Shown: in pieces, positions 24,345 to 37,419 of the stretch
Layout of the letters: every line of letters begins with the position of its first letter
Numbering within the stretch: position 1 is the stretch's first letter
Assembly: GCF_004010195.1 (NCBI RefSeq)
Contig: NC_057719.1
Location: 35,592,064 to 35,656,063 of the forward strand
Length of the DNA stretch: 64,000 bases
Direction of reading: 5' to 3'
Origin: Chiloscyllium plagiosum
Lineage: Eukaryota
The notes under the pieces: generated by a model
The model's database searches: none
The model's input: only the letters and a program-made list of their open reading frames with translations
What the model was told of the DNA's origin: nothing
Program-made: the position numbers and the translations under genes

Positions 24345-26500
24345 ACAGTCAGTTGTACAACATGGAAACAGACTCTTCAGTTCAACTCATTCATGCTGGC
24401 CAGATATTCTAAATTAATCTAGGTGCATTTGTCAGCATTTGACCTGCATTCTCCCCGCCTCCCCCCCAGGCCTTGCAATTCATGTACCCATTCAGATGCC
24501 TTTTAAATGTTGCAATTGTGCCAGCCTCCACCAGTCCCTCTGGCAGCTGATTCCACACACAGACCGCTCTCTGCATGAAAATAATGCACCTCAGGTCCCT
24601 CTTAAAGCTTTCCCTGCTTATCTTAAATCTGTGCCCTCTAGTTTTAGTCTCCCCTAACCTGGGGAAAAGTCCTTGGCTATTCACCCTATCAATGCCTCTC
24701 AGGATTTTATAAACTTCTGTAAGGCCAGCCTCAGTCTCCAATGTTGATCGGAAAACAGCCTCAGCCTATTCAGCCTCTCCTTGAAGCTCAAACCCTCCAA
24801 CCCTAGCAACATTTCTTGTAAATCCTTTTGGAACCCTTTCAAGTTTCACAACATCCTTCCCGTAGCAGGGAGACCAGAAGTGAATGCAGTATTCCAAAAG
24901 TGGCCGAACTAAGGTCCTGCAACATGACATCCCAATTCCTATACTCCGTGCACTGGCCAATAAAGGCAAGTGTACCAAATGTCTTCATCATACTTGGAGA
25001 AAGTGAGGACTGCAGATGCATGAAGGGCTTTTGCCCAAAACATCGATTTTCCTGCTCCTCAGATACTGCCTGACCTGCTGTGCTTTTCCTTCATCACTAC
25101 TTGTCTACCTGCAACTCCACTTTCAGGGAACTATGAACTTATATCCCATGGTCTCCTTGCTTAGCAACATCTAAAATTTACAAATTGTACAAGTCCTGCT
25201 CTGATTTGCCTTACAAAAATGCAACATCTCACAGCTGTCCAAATTAAATCCACCTACCACTTCTTGACCCATCAGATCAAGGTCCTGTTGTACCCTGAGA
25301 TAACCTTCTTCACTGTTCACTATTCCAGCAACTTGGGATAATGTGCAAACTTACTGACCATACTTACACATTCAAATCATTTATATAAATGACAAAAAGC
25401 AGTGAGCCTAACACTGATCCTTGTGGCACAGACTTCCAGTCTGAAAAACAACCTTCAAGCCAGTTTTGTATCCAAATGGCTTGCTCTCGTTGAATTCCAT
25501 ATGATCTAACCTTGCTAACAAGTCCACCATGTGGAACCTTGTTGAACACCTTGCTGAAGTCCATATTAACAACATTCACTGCCTTCAATCTTTGTCACTT
25601 CTTCAAAAAACTCAATCAAGCTAGTGAGACACAATTTCCCATGCACAAAGCCATGTTGACAATCCCTGATCAGTCCTTGCTCTTCCAAATATATGTAAAT
25701 CCTGTCCCTCCAACAATTTACTCACCACTGACAACAGGCTCACTGGATTATACTTCCTGACTTTTCTTTACCACTTTTCTTAAAATAATAATCCCACATT
25801 TAGCCACCATCCAGTCATATGGCACTTCACCTATGTCTATCAATAATTTAAATATCTCAGGGGCCCAGTAATCATTTCTCTAGCTTACTACAAAGTTCTG
25901 GTGATCAGGTTCCAGAGATATATCTGCCTTTTTACATTTTAAGAAGTCCGGTACCACCATCTCTGTAATATGGGCATTTTTCAAGATATCGTTATTTATC
26001 ACCAAGTTCTCGAGTTTCCATATGCGGTACAGTGGCTCAGAGGTTAGCCCTACTGCCTCAGTGCTGTGAACCCAGAATAACCTCTGCCCGCTAGCGATTG
26101 TCTGTGTGAAGCTTGCACATTCAGTGTGTGTGGGTTACCTTTCGGTGCTCTGGTTTCCTCCCACAGTCCAGGGATGTGCAGGTTAGGTGGGTTAACATTG
26201 CAAATGCAGGGCTACAGGAATAGGACAGAGAGATGAGTCTGGTTGGGATGCTCTTTGGAGGGTCATTGTAGACCTGATGGCCGAATGGCCTGCTCCCGCA
26301 CTGTTGTGATTCTATGGTTCTCCACAGTAAATACTGATGCAAATTACTAGTTTAGTATCTCATCCATTTCCTGCAGTTCCACACACCAACAGTCTTGTTG
26401 ATCTTTTAAGGGGCCCCATTCTATCCCTTGTCAGTCTTTTGTCTGTAATCTATTTCTAGAATCTCTTTAGATTGTCCTTAATCCTATTTGGCAAAGCTAG
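24345..26500 (-). mobile_element. Decayed CR1 LINE with nested short repeats
   Basis: [32 protein letters not shown] and LVRPLLEYCIHFWSP on the minus strand. Confidence 0.85.
26024..26320 (+). mobile_element. tRNA-derived V-SINE (HE1-like) inserted in the CR1
   Basis: Head gcggtacagtggctcagaggttagc (A-box-like), V-domain-like ggtttcctcccacagtcca..gatgtgcaggttagg, and CR1-type tail ggccgaatggcct..gattctatg. Confidence 0.8.
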
Positions 26501-26749
26501 TTATTGAATGAATAAAAATGCAAAATATTTCTTAAATGCTGAGAGATTGGGAAGTGTTGATGTATAACAGGATCGTTGTCCTCAAGTCATTGAAAGTAAC
26601 ATTCAGGTAAACAATTAGGAAGGCAAATTGTACGTTGGCAGTTGTTGTTAGAGGACTTGACTGGAGGAGTAAATAAGTCTTGCTATAATTATAAGGATCT
26701 TTATTCAAACTACACCAGGAATACGGTGTACAATTTTGGTTGTCTTACT

Positions 26750-29236
26750 CGCCATACTCTGGTTTCAAACCTCCGCTGCCTTGCTGTCAGACCCATAAGT
26801 GGGAAAGGCTTCAGGAGTAAACCTCAAAATCCAGAGTTAGGGCCCTGAAGGCAGTTCATCATTATCTACAACCTCATTCTGGCAGCTCCTGTGATGGCTC
26901 TGGTACCAAACTGCTTTGCTGTTTCTTTGGATTAGCCGGTACCGTGGAGAACAGCTTGTTCCCCATATCGCACCACCTAGGCTTGCATCCTACTACCACT
27001 GCAGCTAGAGACGTCACTCCAGCCTCGCCCAACTAGCAACTGCCACCCCCCCTGTTAAGACATCACTAGATTAGCGTAGAGCATGATGCCAGGGGTTGCT
27101 CCTGATGGTGGGAGGGATTTTAAGATCCCACTGGACAGCTATCCCCATCTCAAGCTGGGCAGCCCCCAGCCACTAAGGTGCTGTCCTGCCACAATTTGCT
27201 CTCTGATTTGGTTCATGGGAATAGGAATTTCAGATTGCAATCACAGCGCCAAACAACAAGAGACCAGCTCTAAAACTGGGAAGTTGGGACATCTGGACAA
27301 TGATGACCGGCCTCCCAGAAAATCTCCAGGCCATCAGTGACTCTAGGAAATCAGCTGTCATAAATAACAAGCTCAAGAGACTCAATGTGGACATAGCCGC
27401 TCTCCAGGAAACAAGGTTAGCAATGGCAGGCTCACTTGAAAGGACTACCCTGTACACGTTTTACTGGCTGGGGAAGGGCGCTGATGAATCCAGAGAGCAC
27501 GGAGTCGGCTTCATAGTAAAGAACAGCCTGATGAACACAGTAGAACCAGGCAGCAATGGCTCAGAGCGACTCATGACTCATTGCCTCAACACCACCATAG
27601 GGCCAGTCATCCTGGTCAGCGTGCATGCCTCAACTCCGTTCTCTGCACTAGACACGAAGGACAAGTTCTACTACAATCTTGCATCCCTCATTAGCAACAT
27701 CCCTAGGAAGAAGCAACTTGTTTTTCTGGGTGATTTCAACAAGTGGGTGCAGACTATGACTTGTGCCCCTCTTGCCTTGGGCATTTTGGTGTGGGCAAAA
27801 TAAATGAGAACAGAGAGCGAGCTGTGCATTGCCAACTACTACTTCCAGACAAAGCCTCAGCACACAGTTTTCTGGAGACACTCATGCTCAAAGCATTGGC
27901 ACTAATTTGATCTGATGCTAGTTAGGTGCGCTGCCATCAAACACATTCTCCATGCACACACTTACCATAGTGCAGACTGTGAAACAGACCACTCCTTTAT
28001 TGTGTTACAAGATTAGGCTGCAACCGAAGAGATTCCATCGCACTAAGCAACAGAGGAACCCTCACATCAATGTCAGGAAGATGTCCCAGCCAGACCTTAT
28101 GCTGCAACGGTTCTCTTTTAAGAGAGAACTCAGTATCTTGCGACATGGAGACTCTGCCACAGAGAAGAGGGAAACCTTGCGGGATACCATGCACCAGACA
28201 TCCCTGGCTATCTTTGGGAAGAAGACCTGCAAGACCTGACTGGTTTGAAGCTAAGGCAACTGAGATGACCCCCATCATAGCAAAGCATGTTGCCCTAGCT
28301 GAATACAAGCTGTCAGCTAGTGGGAAGAACCTGCAGACTCTTGGGGCTGCCAGGAACAAGGTTCAGCAGACTGCCAAGCATTACACTAAGCAGTACTGGA
28401 CATAGCTAAGGGAGGAAATTCAAACGGCTGCTATAACGGGGACCATTAGGGGAATGTACAAAGGTATCAAGGCAGCACTAGGACCAGCTCAGAGCAAAAC
28501 AACCCCTCTCAAGTCCTCTACTGGGGCCAGCAGATGGAGAAGTGGATTGAATACTACCCTGATCTCTGTTCCAGAAAGTATGACCTTGCATGAGAACACA
28601 GCAAGGTCATTGACAGCCTGGCCTCAGATAAGGCCCCGGGTAGCAACGGGATTCCTCCTGATCTGATCAAGTGCTGCAAGAGTAGCTTATTGCTCCCATT
28701 GCATTAAGTCCTCTGTCATGGCTGGCAAGAAGGGGCTGTACTATATGCCATGAGGAATGCTAAGATCATTGCCCTCCACAAGAACAACTACAGAGGCATT
28801 TCTCTCCTCAACACTGTCGGGTCATTTTGACTCATTTGCAGAAACTGGCAGAACATGCAGACCCAGAGTCACATTGTGGCTTTTGAGCTCAAAGGTCAAC
28901 AGTAAACTTGATCTTCTCCATTCGCCAACTGCAGGAGAAGTGCAGAGAACATAAAATGCTTTCATTGACCTCACCAAGGTGTTTGACCGAGTCAGCAGAA
29001 ATGGCCTTTTCAAGGTTCTCCTGAAGATCAGCTGCCCACCAAAACTGCTGAGCATGATAGAATCCTTTCACAGCAGTTCTAGCAGATCAACGACCACATA
29101 CAAATGTGATCAGAATTGTCACTCCAGCATTTGTCTCTTCAGTCACAAGCGATGTTGCTTCAGGGAAGCAGAAAGCCAGAACGAGGATGCAACCCATGGT
29201 CAGCCATGACTGCAAGGGGCCTCACTCACTCACTCA
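26750..29236 (+). mobile_element. RTE-clade LINE, near 5'-complete, with an internal deletion in the RT
   Basis: EN motifs DIAALQETRL, GVGF, LGDFN and SADCETDH. RT FIDLTKVFD is then joined directly to a C-terminal CHS..LFSHKRC segment and a (CTCA)n tail. It interrupts a plus-strand CR1 remnant (~26500-26750, ~29240-29720). Confidence 0.85.
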
Positions 29237-29904
29237 TATCACCATAGAGGGAAAAAGGTTCACTAAACTAAACAATCACTGCTATTCCATGGACCAGTGA
29301 GCAGTGAGAGAGGAGACTGGGTCGATATTCTCAAGCATTTTGATGAATGAGGGTGATCTCATTAAAACATTTCAGACTTTACAAGGTTCTATAGAGTAGT
29401 TGCAAGTAGGATGTTTCCCCTGACTGGGGTAATATAGAAATAGCAGGTGCAGTCACACAATAAGAGGTAGGCCATTTACAACTGAGATGAAGAATCATCT
29501 TTTCAGGAAGAGGCTGGTGAATATTTGGAATTTCCTATCCATAGGGATCTGGAGGCTTGGTAATTGAGCATAATCAACAAAGATTGATAAATTTCTAGAT
29601 ATTTCCATCAAGGGACGCAAAGACATTGCAGGAAAATGGTGTTGAGGTCAATCGGCCATGATCTAGCTGAATAGTGGTGCAGGACTGATTTGTACAAAAG
29701 GCTTACTGCTGCTTCCACTTTGTGTTTCTACTACTACGTCTTACCTTAAATAAAACGGACATACATTTTCTATTTGTAACATTTAGATTAAAGAGAGTAA
29801 TCTATTTACTTTTGTATTCATAGTATTTTGGGCTTTTCACTATGAGAAAGGTCAGTGCAGATTGTCATAATTAGATTGAGATGAGGAATCTGAATTATTT
29901 GATT

Positions 29905-31690
29905 TAAAGTCAGAGATGTACAGCACGGAAACAGACCCTTCAGTCGAACTCGTCCATGCCGATCAAATAAGTCTAGTCCCATTTGCCAGCAGTTGGCCCT
30001 ATACCTCTAAACCTTTTCCTAATCATGTACCCATTCAGATACCTTTCAAATGTTATTGTCCCAGCCTTCACCACTTCCTTTGGAAGCTCATTCCGTACAT
30101 ACATCACCCTCTGTGTGAACAAGTTGCCCCTTAGGTTCCTTTTTAATTCTTTCCTATCACCTTAAACCTATGCCCTTTTGTTTTGGAAACCCCCACCCGA
30201 GGGAAAAGACCTTGTCTTTTTACCCTATCCATGTCCCTAATGATTTTATAAACCTCTATAAAGTCATCCCTCAGCCTCCAATGCTCCAGGGAAAATAGCC
30301 GCAGCCTGTTCAGCCTCCCCTATAGTTCAAACTGTCCAACCCTGGCAACATCCTTGTAAATCTTTTCTGAACTCTTTCAAGTTTCACAACATCCTTCCTA
30401 CAGAGAGAGACCAGAATTGAACGCAGTATTCCAAAAGTGGCCTAACCAATGTCCTGTACAGCCCCAACTCCTATATGCAGTGCACTGATCAATAAAGGAA
30501 AGCAGACCAAATGCCTTATTCACTATTCTACCTACCCGTGTCTCCACTTTCAAGGAATTACAAACAAGGAAGTATAGGAACAGGCCCATCGGCCCTCCAT
30601 GCCTGTGGTGACACATTTTGCCCTTCCATATTAAAAGTCTTCACTTACATGATCTGTATCCCTCTATTCCTTTCCAAATCATGAATTTGTCCAGGTGCTT
30701 CTTGAATCCTGCTATTGTGTCTGCTTCCACCATCACCTATAGCAGCACATTCCAGGCACTCACCATCACTTGTTAAAAACATGCCTTGCACATCTCTTCA
30801 ATTTCTCCCCCATCCCACTCTCGCAATTGAACTTGTGGCTCCCAGTAATTCAACCCTCCACCCTGGGAAAAAGCCTCATACTTTCCACTCTATCCATGCC
30901 ATTCACAATCTTTTAAACTTTTATCAAGTCACCCCTCAACCTCCTGCATTCCAGTGAAATCAAATCCAGTCTATCCAACCTTTCTTCATACCCGAAATCC
31001 CCCATACCAGGCGACATCCCAGTCAATCTTTTCTGTAACCTCTCCAAATCATTCACATCCTTCTAGTAGTGTGGTGACCTCACTGAAGTTCAATAAATCT
31101 GCAGCATAACCTGTCCATCCTTATACTCAATGCCCCTTCCAATGAAGGCAAGTCACAGGCCTTTTTTACTATCTTATCAACTTGCACTGCCACCTACAGT
31201 GATTTGTGGATCTAGATCTCTATGCACATCAATACACCGAAGGGCTCTGCCATTCGCTGTATATTTTCTACGTGTACTTGATCTTCAAAAATGCATCACC
31301 TCACGAGGTCTTCCAAGACCTTTGTTCAGCAACACTTCCCTGTACCTTACCAATAAGTGTGTAATTCCGGCCCTGATTTGCTTTTCCAAAACGCAGTAGC
31401 TCACATTTATGTAAATTAAATGCATCTGTCACTCCCTGGCCTATTGACCTATCCAAACAAGATCCCATTGTACGCTGAAATGACTTTCTTCGCTGTGTAC
31501 TATCATCACCAATTTTTATGTCATCTGCAAGCTTACTAACTATACTTATGTTCACATTCAAATCATTTATATAAATAACAAAAAGCAGTGGACCTAGCAC
31601 TGATCCTTGTGGCACACCACTGGTCACAGGCCTCCAGCTTGAAAAGCAACCCTCCACCACCACCACCCTCTTCTACCTTTTGAGCCAACA
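29905..31690 (-). mobile_element. CR1 LINE 3' part with a second CR1-type fragment nested at ~30560-31305
   Basis: [32 protein letters not shown], and a 3' end agagatgtacagcacggaaacagaccc. Confidence 0.85.
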
Positions 31691-32134
31691 TTTGTCCAAC
31701 TTGGTTTTGTTCGCTCAACTTAAAAAGGTCCAAAATGATAAAAGGAATACACAATAAACAGTAAATTAGAAACAAAAAATGTGACAAACATAAGCCCAGA
31801 ATGTTTTCACCAGAAGTTGAAATTGTGATGCAACGTACTACTGGAATGTTAAATCCACAGTTACATTGCTTAAATGAAATAGTAAGCAGAAACCAACTGA
31901 ACATTGGTCACTCTAGTTTACAGACTTTAATAGATAAAATTAATGTTATTTTAATTCTGTAACTGTAAAAGGTATTCTAAAATTCCAAACTGGATAAAAG
32001 TGGGTTAAAATCAAAAAAACATACTGTGTTTGAATAAACTCAAATTGTTGACTTTCAAAATTTTTACTCATGGCAAAGTTTTTGAAAGAAAAATATCTGT
32101 GCCATTTACCAACTTTTGGTAGTTACTAGGAAGT

Positions 32135-32140
32135 TTTATT
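32135..32140 (-). terminator. Candidate polyadenylation signal AATAAA of PPP2R5C
   Basis: Plus-strand TTTATT, with UGUA motifs immediately upstream on the transcript and U-rich sequence downstream. Confidence 0.55.
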
Positions 32141-32654
32141 CTGTACATAAGACCATTTTGTACAAAATATGAAATCTACTTTATTAGATATTACACTACT
32201 TAAAACAAAGTACAACATATGTACAATATTAAAATGAAGCCATTTATGTAGGTATCACACTAAAGGTCACTTGTCATATAACTGGACATTCTTCTTGTAC
32301 AGGGCTTTTTTTAAAAAAAGCAAATACAAATGAACTTAAAAGATGTCAATCAGAAAGCTGCTTTTAAAGAAAAACAGGCACCAGATCAAGCTTTCGAATT
32401 ACCTTTTCTTTAGACATTTAAGAATTTCTGTAACATATCAAACTGTTCACGCTGCTTCTAGGGTATCCATTTTGTGCTGGTTCATCTACAGAATGATCAA
32501 AAGACACTCTCAAGATGACTAAATTATGTCAGTATTCTAGAGTTTACATACCCTTTACTAAGTAATCATTTAGTTTTGAATTAAATTCTGTAATTAATGA
32601 ATTGACAACAAATCTCAATGTTCTCCACAGTAACTAGCACTATAATAAAAATTT

Positions 32655-32836
32655 AGTACTGCAGAAACTCAGTAAGTATGGTAGCATCTGTGGAGAAAGA
32701 AACAAAGTTAACATTTCGAAATTACTCTTCTTTGGAACTCTGTTACACTCTCCACAGATTCTGCCATTCCTGCTGAGTTTTTCCAGCACACTGATTTTAT
32801 TTCAGATCTCCAGCATCTGCTATATTTTGCTTTTAT
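32655..32836. repeat. Inverted-pair short repeat (Penelope-derived/SINE-like) within the putative PPP2R5C 3'UTR
   Basis: Arms 32665-32696 (aaactcagtaagtatggtagcatctgtggaga) and 32749-32780 (tctccacagattctgccattcctgctgagttt) are imperfect reverse complements. Confidence 0.65.
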
Positions 32837-34632
32837 TTACAATACTAGTATTTTAGTAACAGCCCAAGGAGGTGAAAATGACCACAACCACCTGCACATC
32901 ATCTAATTAAGCCAGATAGGACCGACCCTTTTTAATACAATACATTAATATGAAAACTCTCTCAATCATTCCAACAGAAAAAAGGTAATTCAAAGTTGTA
33001 ATTTGGTGAATGTCAATCTTGATCAATAGGCAAGTTAAAATAAGGGAAACTGCTAAAGATAGGATCATATTCTAAACTGTATACAAACAATATACACTTG
33101 CTAGTGGCCAAAATAAAATTACATTCCTTCTTGAACACTTCACACAAACATACTGAACACCCAAAACCAATGAATGAGAGATAAACTACTCGTAAGCAAG
33201 ATGGAAGTTCAAACAATGGTATGTAAATGAAACACAGCAAAAGCATGGAAGATGCCACATAGTAAAAGCACCCAAATGTTCGAAAAGGAAAGTTATTAGG
33301 GGCAGACTTCCATGATAACTGTTGAGAAGAAAAAACATGTAAAACAAAATAGATTTTCCAACATGCTTGAGCGAGATTATTTTAGCATTCACATTTCAAG
33401 TTAAACAGGAATTGCTTTCTGAAATTTGAATAAGTTTCTGCTGGGAGAACTTCCAAATTTTGATGTTTTTTCTTTACAGCCCTGAATACCTCTACAATTT
33501 TAAAATTCCTTTAGCATACTAGGCTCAGAATAAAATATTAAAGCAAGGTAAACAGAAGTTGAGAAGATAATTTAACTGAATGGTATTTGCAGATATTTTA
33601 CATGCACCATTTTGCAACACAAATCTGATGATCAGCGATAGATTATAACCATTTCCAAAACTTGATGCTAAAGTTACATAAGCTTGATCAAACAAGAGTT
33701 TCGATAACATACGCACACGCTTCTGTTTTTTTATCTGACCAGTTTCTGATCATATTCAGCTATTTCACACAGCTTACAACAGACATATATATCTTGGTGT
33801 TTCACATGCCTAGACCATCATAGCCTCATTCTAATGGGTGTTGTAAAATCTAATACACATTAAAGTATGTGTGACATTTTTAATTCCTGAAATCTGGTGA
33901 GCATGAAATTATGAGAGTGACAATTTTCCAGATCCATTCTCTACAAAGGATCTCAAAGTTCTTAGTTTTGAGGCAGAACAATTTCATAAAGTAGACCAGC
34001 AAACTGGCAAGACAGATTATAAAAATACCAGGAAAGTTACTCAAGAACATTAATACACGAGGAATGGATTAAAATAGCAAACCCTGAGAATTCTTGCCTC
34101 AGCCAATTCAGGACATTGAAGAGTTCTATCAGAACTGTTAATAATCATTTTGTGTAACATACATGAAGACAGACATGTAGAGAACTTTGACAAACCTTAC
34201 AAAAAACAAAATGCCAAAGTACCTAAATAAAAAGTTTAGATCTTAACCAATCCAGCAGGAATCAATAGTTATTTTATATATTAATGGGGAATTAGATCAG
34301 ACTTAGAATTTCAAGTTAGGAATTTATCTAAAGTTGAAATCCTGTGTTTCAAATGATGTGGTACTATTGTACGGATAAAAATCATGTCAATATTTTTAAT
34401 ATCCCCAAAACAATTTTTTTTCATGTAGTACATTAATATAATTTACTTTAAAAATCAGGAGGGTTCCTTCTTTTAAATAGTCAGATTTAGTGCAAGATGT
34501 TTAAAATGAGTCCAGCAACTGTTGACATTTACATTTATACTAATATATTTTTGGATGCAATCGTATCCTGGCTTGAATACATTCAATGCAGAAAATTGGT
34601 TTTAGTACTAAAAACACAGTCTGTGACTTCTC

Positions 34633-35594
34633 AGGAAGAAATTTAGACTCATTATCCCATTTATTTTCAAATACAGATGTAAATAAAAGGATAAATATAA
34701 ATGCTAAACAAATTTTATACAATGGCTCTGTGGACATGACGACTCTCAAATTTAGCTCCTTTTTTTTTAAAAACAGAGATTGTAGAAAGCACAATACCCT
34801 ATGTACCATTGTTTGAACTACCCAGACTTGACTTCATATGTGGTAAAGTTATTGCCTACAAACTGGATTCAAGAAAGCGTTGACTTAAATGTATAGCTGA
34901 TTGGTATGGCACAAAGCATAATAGCTTCTACAATAGACCAAGTTCAGAGAACAGCTTTATACAATATTCTTCTGTCGAAATAGCCTAATGCCCATCATGA
35001 GCAGATATAATTTCTTCAGCCCGGCGATGTGATTCCAAGGCTTTCACGGTGTAGATATCCTGAGGCAGTTCCGACTTGCGGCGCACAAGTGGACGATCCT
35101 TTCGAAGATCTTTCTGTGCCTGCAGAAAAGTAATGTTAATAATAGCTGCAACCAAAATAACTTTAGTTTTTGATTTGAAAAGATATGATTACAACAGTTT
35201 TTTAAACTTTACATTTCTGATTTAAATGATGGAAAGGTTATCGATCTGAAATGTAAACTATTCTCTCTTCACAGATGCGGCCTAACCTGCTGCATATTTC
35301 CAGAATTTTCTGCTCTCAGTAATTTAATTTTAAAGGAGTAAGTATTTATATCATGTTGATTTAAAAGCAATGTTTACCAAGACAGTAACTATTTTAACAT
35401 ATGTAGAACATATGTTTGAGATTGTTTTTGAGGAAGACATTTAGACTCACTATCCCATTTATTTTCAAATATAGGTTCAATAAAAAGATAAATGCCATAC
35501 AAATTTTTATAACTCAATGGTTCTCTGGACATCACAAACTTAATGTTGTAGACTGTAGAAAGCACAATACCCATGTTCTATTGTTTGAACTACC
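34633..35594 (+). repeat. Diverged direct repeat pair (34633-34822 and 35431-35594) bracketing the PPP2R5C terminal coding exon
   Basis: Three shared blocks in the same order: aggaaga.atttagactca.tatcccatttattttcaaata, tgtagaaagcacaatacc and attgtttgaactacc. Confidence 0.85.
34985..35119 (-). CDS. PPP2R5C: PPP2R5C terminal coding exon with stop codon
   Basis: [44 protein letters not shown] carries the RRKSELPQD motif. ctgcag acceptor, TAG at 34987-34985. Confidence 0.94.
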   Translation of the reverse strand, partial: AQKDLRKDRPLVRRKSELPQDIYTVKALESHRRAEEIISAHDGH

Positions 35595-35604
35595 TGTCAA
35601 GACC

Positions 35605-37260
35605 ACCTAAGATTATTAAAAGACGTGGCAGCAAAGATAGGGAGTGGATTGATATGATATTCCAAATTGCCTAAGTTCTGGAACAGTTTCAGTGGTTTGG
35701 AAAAATGTTAATGCCTATTCAAAAAGGGAGTGAGGCAGAAAGTAGGACGTTACAGAGCATTTAGTTTACTATCTGTCTTTGAGAAATTGTTGGAATCCAT
35801 TATTAAGGGAGTAGTAATGGGACATTTGGAAAGTCAAAACATGATCCATAGCATTAGATTGGTTTTAAGGGTAAATCATGTTTCACTAATTTGCTAGAGT
35901 TCTTCAAAGATATTACAAACAAAGTGGATAAGGGGGCTCCTCCAGATGTAGTATATTTGGACTTCCAGAAGTTAATACACAAGTAATAAGAGGTTAATAA
36001 GAGGTTAATACACAAGGTAATACACAAAATGACCAGTCAGAGGAAGTAGTAGATGCAAGAACTGTTACAACATTTAAAAGACATTTGGAAAGGTACATTA
36101 ATATCAAAGGTTTAGAGAGATATTGGCCAAATGCAGGCAAATGGAACTAGCTTAGTTTGGGAAATCTGGTCAGCATAGGTGAGTTGGACCAAAAGGTCTG
36201 TTTCTCTGCTGTATGACTATAATAAGAGGCAATGTGTTAGCTTGGATACAGGATTAGCCAAGCAGAGTCAAGATAAATGGATATTTTTATGGCTTGCAAG
36301 ATGTAACTAGCCTGGTGCCACAGGGTTCAAGCCTTAGCTATTTACAATCTATATTAACGACTTGGATGCAAGGATAGAAAGTACTACAGTCAAATTTGCA
36401 GTTGACACCCAAACAGGTGAGATAGTAATTTGCAATGAAGAATTAAGAAATTTACAAATGCCCAGATGAATGAGCAACCAGTTTGCAGATGGAGTTTAAT
36501 ATAGATAAGAGAGATGTTATCAACTTTGGTCGGAATAAAAAGGCAACTTATTATTGAAATGGAGAGAAACTTCATTCATGCTTTATTACAGAAGAATCTG
36601 GGTATCCTTGTGCAAGAGACGCAGAAAGCTAGTAGGCAGATAATGAAACTCAGTTTATTAGGGCAAATGGAATTTTGGTATTGGTTGTCAAAAGAATGGA
36701 GAAAGAAAGTCGGGAAGTGTTAGTGCAATGGTTCAAGACATTGGTGAGACAACATCCAGAGTACGGTATATGGTTTTGGCCAGCTTACTTGAGGAAAGGT
36801 GCAATTGCATTAGAGGCAGTTCCAAGTTCATTAAATTCCAGAGATGAAAAGCCTGTCTTACAAGTATACACCTAACTGCTGAATCTCTCCTTGTGAGAGT
36901 TTAAAAGGATGAGGTGAGATCTAATTAAGGTACACAAGATGCAAAAAGGGACTGTAAAGTGCGATACAATCTACAAGAGGTCATAGTTTTAGACTAAGGG
37001 GTGGCAGATTTAAAAGACAGAGAGGAGGAAGAATTACTTCTTTCAAAGAGTTGTAAATCTGTGGAATTCACTACTAGAGCATGATGGATGTTAGTACACA
37101 AATTTAAGGAACAGATAGACAAAATGGGTAAAGGGTTGTGGGGAGTGGGCAGGAAAGTGGAGTTGAAGCTGAGATGAGATCGGTCACCATTGTATTAATT
37201 GGAGGAAACAGGCTTGAGGGGCTGAATAACCTACTTCCGCCCTAGTCCTAATGCTTTTTG
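35605..37260 (+). mobile_element. Old CR1 LINE RT/3' fragment
   Basis: ggtaaatcatgtttcactaatttgctagagttctt (GKSCFTNLLEFF), caaatttgcagttgacac and a CR1-like 3' end. Confidence 0.8.
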
Positions 37261-37419
37261 TACACAGAGCAAATTCTATTTTTATCCACTTGTGGCAAGA
37301 TCCCATGCAGGGCCAAATGGATTCAATAAAAATAAACCTTAGACTGCTCCAAATTTTCTGCAATTTTTTTAAATGGGATACAACACCTTCATTATTTTAA
37401 ATTTACACCATCATACCCT

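Larger units (their letters stand above)
32110..34984 (-). other. PPP2R5C: Probable 3'UTR of PPP2R5C
   Basis: AT-rich, largely TE-free stretch after the stop. It ends at minus-strand TGTACAGAATAAA (AATAAA at 32140-32135) with a cluster of UGUA elements upstream. The true 3' end needs RNA data. Confidence 0.6.

Noticed and set aside
26024..26100. tRNA-like sequence with an A-box
   Set aside because: It is the degenerate head of a V-SINE and does not form a cloverleaf tRNA gene.
35968..36030. Short scrambled repeats (taataagaggt x2; taatacacaa x3)
   Set aside because: Simple slippage or junction filler inside a decayed CR1, with no sign of function.
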